64,000 nucleotides of DNA from an uncultured Planctomycetia bacterium (lineage in GTDB: Bacteria; Omnitrophota; Gorgyraeia; Tantalellales; Tantalellaceae), in NCBI GenBank assembly GCA_964572255.1, contig CAZNEE010000004.1, forward strand, positions 26,344 through 90,343. The letters are read 5' to 3'. Below the pieces are notes generated by a model. It had not been told where the DNA came from and searched no databases. It saw nothing but the letters and a program-made list of their open reading frames with translations. Of the stretch, positions 1 to 8,437 are shown one piece after another. The position numbers and the translations under genes are program-made. Within the stretch, counting starts at the first letter, position 1. Each line of letters opens with the position of its first letter.

Positions 1-444
1 CGGATCGGTTTTGTTGTAGGCAACTCAAAGATATTAGCGTCCCTCGCAAAGACGAAAAGTTATATAGATTTCGGATTGTTCAAGCCCATTCAGTATGCGG
101 CTATCAAGGCTCTCACGGGACCGCAGGGGTGCGTCCAGAAACAGGTGAATCTGTATAAAAAACGCCGGGATGTTTTAGTCAAGGCTCTTAAGAACATCGG
201 TTGGGAGGTTCCTAGCCCCAAGGCAACGTTTTATATATGGGCAAGGATACCCGATAAATACAGTGCGCTCACATCAATGGAGTTCGTATCTCTTCTCATA
301 AAAGAAGCCGGGGTCGCGATCGCGCCGGGCACGGGATTCGGCGAATACGGCGAAGGGTATGTCAGGTTCGCTCTAGTCGAAGATGAAAAACGGCTTCTCG
401 AGGCTGCTCAGAGGATCAAGAAGATCCTTGATATGGAAGCATGA
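1..444 (+). CDS. Class I/II aminotransferase (LL-DAP or aspartate aminotransferase-like), C-terminal part; 5' end lies outside the window
   Basis: The frame is open from base 1, and the ORF track starts it at an internal TTG at position 76. The translation RIGFVVGN...KSYIDFGLFKPIQYAAIKAL...GFGEYGEGYVRFAL matches the conserved C-terminal region of PLP-dependent aminotransferases. Confidence 0.75.
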   Translation, partial: RIGFVVGNSKILASLAKTKSYIDFGLFKPIQYAAIKALTGPQGCVQKQVNLYKKRRDVLVKALKNIGWEVPSPKATFYIWARIPDKYSALTSMEFVSLLIKEAGVAIAPGTGFGEYGEGYVRFALVEDEKRLLEAAQRIKKILDMEA

Positions 445-1559
445 ACAAAAAAATACTGATTCTCTACATCTCAGAATATTCCGGGCATTTTCATGCGGCT
501 AAAGCATTGGAAAAAGCTTTAAGCGCGGCAAATGGCCGGCTCACCATAAAAATGGTCAATGCTCTTGAATATACCAACCCGATCCTCGGCAAATTGATCA
601 ATAAAGCCTACCTGGAAGTCATCAGGAAAAAGCCCGAGCTATGGGGCAATATTTATGATAATCCCGATGTCATTAAAAAAACCAGGGGAGCGAGGGAAGC
701 GCTTCACAGGTTCAACATGTCCAAGATAAAGAAATTGATCGAAAGTTTCGATCCGGATATTATTTTTTGCACACAGGCTTTTCCTTGCGGGATGGTCGCG
801 GATTACAAGAGAACTTCCGGGAAAAACATACCGCTTGTAGGGATCCTTACAGATCACGCGCCGCATTCTTACTGGTTATTTGATGAGGTTGATTTTTATG
901 TGGTTCCGTCCAAGAAAACTGCCGAAATATTGGAGCGGAAAGGGATCGGCAAAGATAAGCTTAAGGCGTACGGGATACCCGTTGATCCTAAATTCTCAGA
1001 AAGGCATGATAAGGAAAAGATATTCAATGATCTGGGTCTTTCTAAAGATAAGCCTATAATACTTATCATGGGCGGAAGCCAGGGGTTAGGCGCCATTGAG
1101 GAAGTTGTAAGATCTTTTTTACAGGATGATAAGCATGACTATCAGCTGATAGTCGTTTCAGGGAACAATAAAAAACTCAAGAGAAAACTTTCGAGAATAA
1201 GCAAAAAAAGGACCGAGTATATAAAAATTTTACCGTTTGTTGATAATATTGATGAATTGATGGAGATCTCGAATATTATCATTACAAAAGCCGGCGGAAT
1301 AACAACGGCTGAGGCGCTTGCGAAAAAACTGCCCATACTTGTTGTGGATCCCATACCGGGTCATGAACGCATGAATACGGATTACTTGGTTGATGAAGGC
1401 GCCGCTATTGAAGTGGAGAACTACGGCGATGTGCATGATATTGTTAACATTCTTTTTGATTCTGAAAAGCTGAGCACAATAAAGAAAAACGCAGAAAAAC
1501 TATCGATGCCGGCAAGCGCTTTGAATATAGCCGAATTCGCTTTAGGGATTTTAAAATAA
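441..1559 (+). CDS. Family GT28 glycosyltransferase, MGDG-synthase/UgtP-like (diacylglycerol glycosyltransferase)
   Basis: 372 aa. The N-terminus has a GHFHAAKAL motif and the C-terminus has ITKAGGITTAEAL, which is typical of MurG/MGD-family sugar-binding regions. It has a 4-bp overlap with the upstream gene. Confidence 0.65.
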   Translation: MNKKILILYISEYSGHFHAAKALEKALSAANGRLTIKMVNALEYTNPILGKLINKAYLEVIRKKPELWGNIYDNPDVIKKTRGAREALHRFNMSKIKKLIESFDPDIIFCTQAFPCGMVADYKRTSGKNIPLVGILTDHAPHSYWLFDEVDFYVVPSKKTAEILERKGIGKDKLKAYGIPVDPKFSERHDKEKIFNDLGLSKDKPIILIMGGSQGLGAIEEVVRSFLQDDKHDYQLIVVSGNNKKLKRKLSRISKKRTEYIKILPFVDNIDELMEISNIIITKAGGITTAEALAKKLPILVVDPIPGHERMNTDYLVDEGAAIEVENYGDVHDIVNILFDSEKLSTIKKNAEKLSMPASALNIAEFALGILK

Positions 1560-2458
1560 TGTATTTTCTTTATCTCACAGGATATTACCTTGCTAAAGTG
1601 CTGCCGATCAAGGTCTGTTATGTTATCGCGGGAGTAGTTGCGCGTATTTATTTTATTTTTGCGAAAAAAGATAAGGCTAACCTTCGGAGCAATCTCAAGG
1701 TGATATTGGCAGGCGAAGCAAGCGAAGCGCTGATCGGAAGACACATTTTCGAAATATTTAAAAATTTTGCCAAGTATCTTGCCGATTTTGTTAAGTTCAC
1801 CAAATTTTCCCCTGAATATATCGAGAAAAACATAAATATCGAGGGCAGGCATTTTATAGATGAATGTCTCCGGGAAGGCAAAGGAATTATATGTGTTGCC
1901 CTGCATCTGGGGAACTGGGAACTGGGAGGGGCGATATTGCCTGCTTTGGGGTATCCGATGAGCGCTATCGTGCTGGAACATAAAGATAAAAGGACCAATG
2001 ATTTTTTTGTAAGGCAAAGAGCTATTAATAATCTTAAAAGCATACATATCAGCATCGCCCTTAAAAAATGTTTTGCCGCGTTAAAAAATAATGAATTACT
2101 GGCTATTGTCGGGGATAAGGATTATACCTCAACAGGAGAATATGTAGATTTTTTCGGGAGAAAAGCCCTTCTGCCTAAAGGTCCGGCGGTTTTAAGCTTA
2201 AAAACCGGCGCTCCGCTTGTTTTTTCCTGTCTGATAAGAGAAAAAGGAGATAAGTTTAAATTTGTATTTGAAGAACCTATAAAACCGGTTTCTACAGGTG
2301 ATTTAAAAAAAGATATGCATAACTTGATGTCCAGATATATAAAAACATTTGAAAGATATATCCGTCAATATCCGGATCAATGGTATGCCTTTAATCGGGT
2401 TTGGGAAGATGAAACCCTGCAAGACGTAAAGTCACCAATAACAAGTAAGCAGGAATAA
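1559..2458 (+). CDS. LpxL/HtrB-family lysophospholipid or lipid A acyltransferase
   Basis: 299 aa with an N-terminal transmembrane segment. The core LHLGNWELGG region and the C-terminal YPDQWYAFNRVWE are characteristic of the lauroyl/myristoyl acyltransferase family. Confidence 0.7.
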   Translation: MYFLYLTGYYLAKVLPIKVCYVIAGVVARIYFIFAKKDKANLRSNLKVILAGEASEALIGRHIFEIFKNFAKYLADFVKFTKFSPEYIEKNINIEGRHFIDECLREGKGIICVALHLGNWELGGAILPALGYPMSAIVLEHKDKRTNDFFVRQRAINNLKSIHISIALKKCFAALKNNELLAIVGDKDYTSTGEYVDFFGRKALLPKGPAVLSLKTGAPLVFSCLIREKGDKFKFVFEEPIKPVSTGDLKKDMHNLMSRYIKTFERYIRQYPDQWYAFNRVWEDETLQDVKSPITSKQE

Positions 2459-2460
2459 AA

Positions 2461-3153
2461 ATGCGGGCGACAAAAGATAATACGATAGTGCTTATACCTT
2501 CTTATAATGAAGAACGCGAGATCGGAAAAATAGTTCGTGATATTGTGAAGATGGGGCTTAATGCGCTCGTCGTCGATGACGGTTCGTCCGATAATACTCA
2601 GAAAGAAGCTCTTGATAACGGAGCGTTGGTAATACGCAACAGGCAAAATTCCGGGAAAGGATATTCTCTTAGAGAAGGGTTTAAATATGTGTTTGAGAAA
2701 ATGAAATATGAGTGGTTATTGATGATGGACGGCGACGGGCAGCATCACACTGAAGACATTCCGGTTCTGATGGCGGCAACGGCTGACAGCGATGTTGATA
2801 TTGTCAGCGGCAACCGCATGCAATTCACGAAAAATATGCCTTTAGCGAGATATTTGACCAACAGGTTCACTTCGTGGGTGCTTACGAAGATGTGTAAACA
2901 GGACATGCCCGATTCGCAGTGCGGGTTCAGACTTATCAGGCTGGAGGCCTTGAAAAAAATAGATCTTACATCAGACAAGTATGATATCGAATCGGAAATG
3001 CTCATAGAGGCCGCCAGGTTTGATCTGAAGATAAGGTCGGTCCCTATCAGGACGATCTACGGCGAAGAAGCTTCGAAAATACATCCCATAAAAGATACAA
3101 TAAATTTTTTCAAATTGATCTTTAAATATATTTTCGGTAAAAATGTCCTATGA
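2461..3153 (+). CDS. Family 2 glycosyltransferase (dolichyl-phosphate mannose synthase/GtrB-like)
   Basis: VLIPSYNEEREIG...VVDDGSSDNT is a GT2 signature, and a DGDGQ motif is present. Confidence 0.75.
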   Translation: MRATKDNTIVLIPSYNEEREIGKIVRDIVKMGLNALVVDDGSSDNTQKEALDNGALVIRNRQNSGKGYSLREGFKYVFEKMKYEWLLMMDGDGQHHTEDIPVLMAATADSDVDIVSGNRMQFTKNMPLARYLTNRFTSWVLTKMCKQDMPDSQCGFRLIRLEALKKIDLTSDKYDIESEMLIEAARFDLKIRSVPIRTIYGEEASKIHPIKDTINFFKLIFKYIFGKNVL

Positions 3154-3799
3154 ATCAGAGAGAAACAGGATGGTCGACGACCAGATAAGCGCGAGGGGGA
3201 TAAGGGAAGTTCGTGTTCTTGAAGCGTTCCGCAAAGTGCCGAGACATCATTATGTTCCTTCTTCGATGGCCGCTTCCGCCTATGCAGATCATCCGCTTCC
3301 GATAGGGGAAGGACAGACAATATCGCAACCTTACATTGTTGCGTTGATGACCGAATGTCTTAACCTTAGAAAAGACGGAAGAGTTCTTGAAATAGGGACG
3401 GGAAGCGGTTATCAGGCGGCCATCCTTGCGGAATTGTGCAGTGAAGTCTATACTATAGAAAAGGAGGATGTTCTGCTCGCTAGAGCGAAAGATCTCCTTT
3501 CGAAAGAAGGTTACAGCAATATTTATTTCAAGAGCGGTGACGGGACTCTTGGGTGGAAAGAACACGCGCCGTTTGACGGAATTATAGTAACAGCGGCCGC
3601 TCCCGAAGTTCCCGAACCGTTGAAAGAACAGCTTGCTGACGGAGGGCGGATAGTTATACCGGTAGGGACATTATTCAGTCAGATGCTTGTCGCTATCGAG
3701 AAAAAAGGGGACAAATTTACTTCTGAAGATGTGTGCGGGTGCGTATTTGTTCCTTTAGTAGGCAAATACGGCTGGAAGCCGGATGAGAGGTTTTTTTAA
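3143..3799 (+). CDS. pcm: Protein-L-isoaspartate O-methyltransferase
   Basis: VPRHHYVP, GQTISQPYIVALMTE and the VLEIGTGSGYQAAILAEL SAM-binding motif are all present. It overlaps the upstream GT2 gene by 11 nt. Confidence 0.9.
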   Translation: MSYESERNRMVDDQISARGIREVRVLEAFRKVPRHHYVPSSMAASAYADHPLPIGEGQTISQPYIVALMTECLNLRKDGRVLEIGTGSGYQAAILAELCSEVYTIEKEDVLLARAKDLLSKEGYSNIYFKSGDGTLGWKEHAPFDGIIVTAAAPEVPEPLKEQLADGGRIVIPVGTLFSQMLVAIEKKGDKFTSEDVCGCVFVPLVGKYGWKPDERFF

Positions 3800-3814
3800 A
3801 CAAAAGGGGAGAAG

Positions 3815-4306
3815 ATGCTGGAAGGTCTGACAAATTCACTTGTTGCTTTTAATAAAGAGATCGCGGTGGTAGTGCTTGCGGCCATGCCCGTTTCCGAATT
3901 GAGAGGCGCTATTCCGCTGGCATTGGCCATGGAATTCTCTCCTTTTAAAGCCTACGTACTCGCGTTTATAGGAAATCTTATTCCGGTCGTCCCGCTTTTG
4001 TTTTTTCTGCAGCCCGTGTCGGAAAAGCTCAGGCACATAAGTATTTTTGAGAAGTTCTTTAACTGGCTTTTCGAGCGGACGAGAAGAAAAGCCACGCTTA
4101 TCGAAAAATTCGAGGCTTTGGGATTGATACTTTTTGTCGCGATACCGCTTCCCGTAACGGGCGCCTGGACGGGATGCGTTGCCGCGACCCTTTTCAAGAT
4201 AAGGTTCAGATATGCCTTTGCTGCCGTGACCGCAGGTGTTATAATAGCCGGGTTCATCGTGCTTGGTTTGTGCATGGCAGGTAAATGTTTTTATCCGGCA
4301 TCTTGA
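3815..4306 (+). CDS. Small multidrug-export-like membrane protein (COG2426 family)
   Basis: 163 aa and polytopic. It contains the conserved AMPVSELRGAIPLA motif. Confidence 0.55.
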   Translation: MLEGLTNSLVAFNKEIAVVVLAAMPVSELRGAIPLALAMEFSPFKAYVLAFIGNLIPVVPLLFFLQPVSEKLRHISIFEKFFNWLFERTRRKATLIEKFEALGLILFVAIPLPVTGAWTGCVAATLFKIRFRYAFAAVTAGVIIAGFIVLGLCMAGKCFYPAS

Positions 4307-4323
4307 TTGAAAGGAGTTTGAAC

Positions 4324-4827
4324 ATGATCGCATATTTTTTGATCGTTTTAGGATTATTATTAAGGTTTCTTCCGCACGTGCCCAATACCGCGCCTGTCGC
4401 GGCTATAGCGCTTTTTGCCGGCGCTTATCTGAACAGGAAAATAGTGCCGTGGGTGCCGTTAGCCATCATGGTGGTCACCGATATAATGATCGGGATGCAT
4501 GATGTCATTCTGTACACATGGGGAGCGTTTATCGTTATAGGTTTTATCGGGATGCGTTTGAAAGAGAACAAGACCCCGGGGAGGGTATTTACCTCAACGG
4601 TGTTTTCTGCGGTGTTATTTTTTGTAATTTCGAATTTTGGGGTATGGTTTACCTGGTATCCTCATACTTCAGAAGGGTTCACAAGATGTTTCGTGAACGC
4701 GATACCTTTTTTCAGAAATACATTGTTCGGGAATTTGGTTTTTGCAGCTGTTCTTTTCGGAACGTATGAATTGGCAAAAAGAATGGTAAAAGAACCCAAG
4801 CTGAAGACTGTTCTATTGACAGAATAA
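4324..4827 (+). CDS. Polytopic membrane protein of unknown function
   Basis: AAAGGAG lies 7 nt before the ATG at 4324. The ORF track's 4285 start skips this RBS. The product is hydrophobic with 5-6 predicted helices. Confidence 0.5.
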   Translation: MIAYFLIVLGLLLRFLPHVPNTAPVAAIALFAGAYLNRKIVPWVPLAIMVVTDIMIGMHDVILYTWGAFIVIGFIGMRLKENKTPGRVFTSTVFSAVLFFVISNFGVWFTWYPHTSEGFTRCFVNAIPFFRNTLFGNLVFAAVLFGTYELAKRMVKEPKLKTVLLTE

Positions 4828-4879
4828 ATGGAATAAGGTAAACTTGGTCAAGTTTTATTGATCTTTAATTTTGTTGTGC

Positions 4880-5050
4880 ATATGGGTAACCGCGAGGTTT
4901 TAATAGGGAAGTCCGTTTGAGTCGGACACGGTCCCGCCGCTGTAACCGGATACGAAAGCTCTTTTTTTTGGCCACTGCTCTTTTTAAAGCGGGAAGGCCG
5001 GGCGAGTAGGATGATCCGGAAAGTCAGAAGACCTGCCTGTGTGATAGATC
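4880..5050 (+). promoter_or_regulatory. Cobalamin (AdoCbl) riboswitch aptamer
   Basis: The conserved core AATAGGGAAGTCCG...GTCGGACACGGTCCCGCCGCTGTAACC is present, followed by the B12 box GTCAGAAGACCTGCC at 5023-5037. It sits directly upstream of a TonB-dependent receptor gene. Confidence 0.75.
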
Positions 5051-5105
5051 GCTCTCTAGGCCCGAGGAGGCTGAAAGAGGATATATAAAAAGGGTTTAAA
5101 AACGG

Positions 5106-5138
5106 AAACCCCCGGCATTTAGCGCCGGGGGTTTTTTA
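5106..5138 (+). terminator. Intrinsic terminator, likely the riboswitch expression platform
   Basis: CCCCCGGC-ATTTAGC-GCCGGGGG forms an 8-bp GC stem followed by TTTTTTATTT. It lies 20 nt before the btuB start codon. Confidence 0.7.
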
Positions 5139-5158
5139 TTTAAGCAGGGGGGAACGAT

Positions 5159-7150
5159 ATGCTGAGAAAAGTAATTTTATTCTTATCCATTATTACGGTT
5201 ATTTCGGACGGTTTGGCAAACGGTTTGCCTGAAGAAGAAAAGAAAAAAGCGTGTGATATGGTGATTACGCCTTCAGGCGTGGAAGAGCGTTCCGCATTCG
5301 ATTATCCCGGGAATGTTTCGGTGATCACGCGGGAGGATATCGAGAACTCTAATGCGAAATATGTATATGAGCTTTTGAGGCAGGAGCCCGGCATCGTTGT
5401 CCGCGATTGGACGCATGCCGCCAAGACCGTTTCGGTGGACATGAGGGGTTTCGGTGAAACGGCCAGGAATAACGTCCTCATCCTTGTTGACGGAAGGAGG
5501 ATAAACGAAATTGACATGTCAGAGGCCGATTGGGCTCAAATGCCGCTTGAGGCAGTGGACCGCGTAGAAATACTGCGGGGAGGAGGCAGTGTATTGTACG
5601 GGGATAATGCTTCGGCCGGTACTATCAACATTATCACGCGTAAAGGTGAAGGAGGCCCTTCAGTAAAAGCCGGTTACGAAACGGGAAGTTATCGGTATCA
5701 TAATTATTTTGCCCGGGTGCAGGGCAGTCACGATCTTCTCACATGGAATTTTTTGGGAAAAAGGGACAAGACCGACGGATACCGCCTTAACGGGGATTAT
5801 GACGGGTATGACTTTATGGGGAACGTTGTGATGAAGCCGGAGGATTACCTGAGGTTAGACCTATCCGGCGGTTATCACAAGGATTGGTACGGCCTTCCCG
5901 GGGGGTTAACGAGGTCTGAGATCGACCAAATAGGCCGGAGAGGATCCACGACCCCTAATGACAGGGCCAAGACCGAAGGGGGATTCCTCAAGATCTCTCC
6001 GAAGATCCTGTTGGATCTTTTAGGGGCCGGGCATGTTCTGGACCTGGATTTTTGGGGGAGAAAAAGGCGCAACAATTCAAGCTTTCCCTCGCAATGGGGA
6101 CAGCCGAGGAGAGGTTCACAGATAGACAGCATCGGAGGTTCGGCACGGTACCTGCTAAACAATTTTTTCGGGGATGTGGGCAACAAATTGATAGTGGGAG
6201 CTGATTTTTTCAGCGCGAAGAACCGCCTGCGCACCGAAAGAAATGTCCCCGGGTTTACGGAACAGCTTCACATAACAAAAGAGACTTTCGGCATATTCGT
6301 TAACGATAAGCTGGAACTGTTCGAAAACTTTGTCTTCAGCGGCGGCTTCCGCCAGGAATGGGCGGAATACAATTTCGTGCAATGGGACCCGGTGACAAGG
6401 CATATTATAAAAACGCCGAAACAGGGAGCTTTTGATCTTGGAGGGGAATTCAAGTATTCAGAAAAAGGGGCAATATATTCAAGGTTTTCCCGAAGTTACC
6501 GTTATCCCGCGACGGACGAATATTACAGCACGTTTTCAGGTACGTTCAATCCGGACCTGAAGCACCAGGTCGCGGATACATGGGAGATCGGGGTCAAAGA
6601 ACACAGCTTTGACCTCTTGAGCGTGGATGCCGATTTTTTCTTCATGGACCTGGATAATGAAATTTATTACGATCCCGTCACGTTCACTAACTCAAACTAT
6701 AGCCGCACGCAGCGAAAGGGAGTGGAGGTCAAGTTAAAGTCAAAGATAAAGAAGATCGCAGATCTTTTCTTCAGCTATACGTTCACGAATGCGTATTTTG
6801 CGGGAGGGAGTTTTGCCGGCAACACCGTCCCGCAAGTGCCGAGACATAAGATCATCTGGGGGATAACATCCAAACCTTTCTCATGGCTTATCCTGAATTT
6901 TTTCAGCGAGTATGTGAGCTCGCAATACCACATAAGTGACATCGGGAACCAAAGGTCAAAATTGGAAAGCTACATGAACTGCAGTGGCAAGATCACCTTT
7001 CTGTACCGCGGATTCGAAATATTTTTCGGGGCCAACAACATCTTCGATCAACAGTACTCCGAATACAGTTCGGTATGGGGCATTGATTTCTATCCCGCAC
7101 CCGGCAGGAACTACGAATTCGGCATATCCTACAAATTCTACAAATTCTAA
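5159..7150 (+). CDS. btuB: TonB-dependent outer membrane receptor, cobalamin-type (BtuB-like)
   Basis: 663 aa with a signal peptide, a TonB box DMVITP and a plug domain (RGGGSVLYGDNASAGTINIIT). The C-terminus ends ...YKFYKF with a terminal aromatic residue, as expected for an outer-membrane barrel. The B12 riboswitch is immediately upstream. Confidence 0.8.
   Translation: MLRKVILFLSIITVISDGLANGLPEEEKKKACDMVITPSGVEERSAFDYPGNVSVITREDIENSNAKYVYELLRQEPGIVVRDWTHAAKTVSVDMRGFGETARNNVLILVDGRRINEIDMSEADWAQMPLEAVDRVEILRGGGSVLYGDNASAGTINIITRKGEGGPSVKAGYETGSYRYHNYFARVQGSHDLLTWNFLGKRDKTDGYRLNGDYDGYDFMGNVVMKPEDYLRLDLSGGYHKDWYGLPGGLTRSEIDQIGRRGSTTPNDRAKTEGGFLKISPKILLDLLGAGHVLDLDFWGRKRRNNSSFPSQWGQPRRGSQIDSIGGSARYLLNNFFGDVGNKLIVGADFFSAKNRLRTERNVPGFTEQLHITKETFGIFVNDKLELFENFVFSGGFRQEWAEYNFVQWDPVTRHIIKTPKQGAFDLGGEFKYSEKGAIYSRFSRSYRYPATDEYYSTFSGTFNPDLKHQVADTWEIGVKEHSFDLLSVDADFFFMDLDNEIYYDPVTFTNSNYSRTQRKGVEVKLKSKIKKIADLFFSYTFTNAYFAGGSFAGNTVPQVPRHKIIWGITSKPFSWLILNFFSEYVSSQYHISDIGNQRSKLESYMNCSGKITFLYRGFEIFFGANNIFDQQYSEYSSVWGIDFYPAPGRNYEFGISYKFYKF
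7115..7137. repeat. Left copy of a 23-bp direct repeat (GAATTCGGCATATCCTACAAATT) flanking the RAYT element
   Basis: The identical 23-mer recurs at 7870-7892. This copy encodes EFGISYKF in the btuB frame. Confidence 0.8.
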
Positions 7151-7869
7151 CGCTTGGCATTCTAAACTATCAAGGTGCCCCATTTTTTATTCTTAAAGGT
7201 GTCCCTAGCCATCACTAATGGAGCAATCTAATTTAATTGGATCTACTAAGTATTTCTTTGTGAATATACAACGTTCCTGGTAACTACTCCATTTGTAGTT
7301 GACAGGGTCGTTGGCGATGCCTGCTCTTACTGGATTATTTTCTATATAAGTAGCGACGTTGACGAGATACTGCCCTTTTACTATAGGGCTGCTTTGGAAT
7401 CTTCCTTGCCATAAATGGCCCACTTTTTTGTATTGTGCATTAAAGTAGGCTGTATAACCTCTGTTTATCCATTGCATAAATTTTGAAATATTTCTTGCTT
7501 GGAAAGTTTGAATTAGAAGATGGAAATGGTTGGTCATAAGGCAATACGCATAAAGATGTATATTGTATTTTGATTTAGCTCGTTTGATAATTTCAAGGCA
7601 TTTTTGGTAATCTTGTTCATTAAGAAAAACGTTTTGTTTTTGATTTCCCCTAGTTCTTAAATGATAACATGCATTGTCAATAAACAGTCTCGAACTCCTT
7701 GGCATAATATCCTCCTCTTGTTTAATAGTGTTGGCTTGTTGCTAGTATAGACAGAATTTTCTTTAATTTTCTTTCAAAAAATAATTTTTAGGGGACACCT
7801 TTAAAAATGAAATCAGGGACAGGTTAAAGGTATGGAATTGCGAACGGTACAAGTGGTGGACAAGTGGTG
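7151..7869 (-). mobile_element. REPtron-like or IS200-like element: RAYT/Y1 transposase gene bounded by nested REP-like inverted repeats
   Basis: Left motifs are AAGGTGCCCC (7172-7181) and AAAGGTGTCCCTA (7195-7207). Their inverted counterparts are TAGGGGACACCTTT (7789-7802) and AGGGACAGGTT (7815-7825). The interior is AT-rich. The whole unit is flanked by the 23-bp direct repeat. Confidence 0.6.
7205..7705 (-). CDS. IS200/IS605-family Y1 (HuH) transposase, REP-associated tyrosine transposase type
   Basis: 166 aa with the HuH motif NHFHLLIQT and a GHLWQGRFQSSPI region carrying the catalytic tyrosine context. This is the only convincing minus-strand gene in the window. Confidence 0.8.
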   Translation of the reverse strand: MPRSSRLFIDNACYHLRTRGNQKQNVFLNEQDYQKCLEIIKRAKSKYNIHLYAYCLMTNHFHLLIQTFQARNISKFMQWINRGYTAYFNAQYKKVGHLWQGRFQSSPIVKGQYLVNVATYIENNPVRAGIANDPVNYKWSSYQERCIFTKKYLVDPIKLDCSISDG

Positions 7870-7892
7870 GAATTCGGCATATCCTACAAATT
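7870..7892. repeat. Right copy of the 23-bp direct repeat; relic of the original btuB 3' end (..EFGISYKF-stop)
   Basis: It is identical to 7115-7137. It continues in frame to a TAG at 7894-7896. It is immediately preceded by the tandem 11-mer ACAAGTGGTGG x2 (7849-7870). Confidence 0.8.
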
Positions 7893-7906
7893 TTAGTCAC
7901 TATTTA

Positions 7907-7935
7907 TTGACAAATATCTCCCGGTATGATATACT
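7907..7935 (+). promoter_or_regulatory. Sigma-70-like promoter for the marR-tolC-RND operon
   Basis: TTGACA at 7907-7912, a 17-nt spacer, then TATACT at 7930-7935. Confidence 0.5.
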
Positions 7936-8005
7936 TAAGTTAGAGAATATTTTGAAAAATGAAATATTTTTTAAATGAATAATTTACAGAGTGAAGGAGG
8001 TTGTG

Positions 8006-8437
8006 ATGCCCAAGAATTTCGGTAAAGAAGTGGCGAAATTATTGCCGATGATCCTGCGTGAAGCCACCACACGGCAGAAGAGCACTTTTATTGACAGCGA
8101 CATAACGATGCCCCAGGTGGTGGTCCTGGAACTTCTTCTTGAGAAGGAAAAATGCAAGATGGGAGAGGTGGCGAAAACCCTGAATCTTTCCATGAGCGCC
8201 ATAACAAGTATTGTCGATAAAATGATAGATGCCGCGATGGTAAGCCGTGAAAGATCCACAGAGGACAGAAGGGTTGTAGAAGTCGAGCTGACAAAAAAAG
8301 GTAAAGAGATCGCCAAAAGGGTCAGCAAGGAGCGCGAGGACATGGCTAATGATCTTTTTTCAGTGCTTACGAAGGAAGAAAGAAAAGAATATCTTAGATT
8401 GCTTAAAAAAGTGTTTAGTTCCGCAAAAAGGAAATAA
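8006..8437 (+). CDS. MarR-family transcriptional regulator
   Basis: The winged-helix core MPQVVVLELLL...MGEVAKTLNLSMSAITSIVDKM...RRVVEVELTKKG is present. GAAGGAGG lies 5 nt upstream of the ATG at 8006; the ORF track starts at a GTG at 7991. Confidence 0.85.
   Translation: MPKNFGKEVAKLLPMILREATTRQKSTFIDSDITMPQVVVLELLLEKEKCKMGEVAKTLNLSMSAITSIVDKMIDAAMVSRERSTEDRRVVEVELTKKGKEIAKRVSKEREDMANDLFSVLTKEERKEYLRLLKKVFSSAKRK

Noticed and set aside
4518-4769. Plus-strand 83-aa ORF inside the membrane-protein gene
   Set aside because: It is an alternative frame of a convincing polytopic membrane protein, with no RBS and no motif.
5141-5158. A 6-G homopolymer in the btuB RBS region, considered as a phase-variation tract
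   Set aside because: Six residues is too short for efficient slipped-strand mispairing, and the run is part of a good GGGGGGAACGATATG Shine-Dalgarno context.
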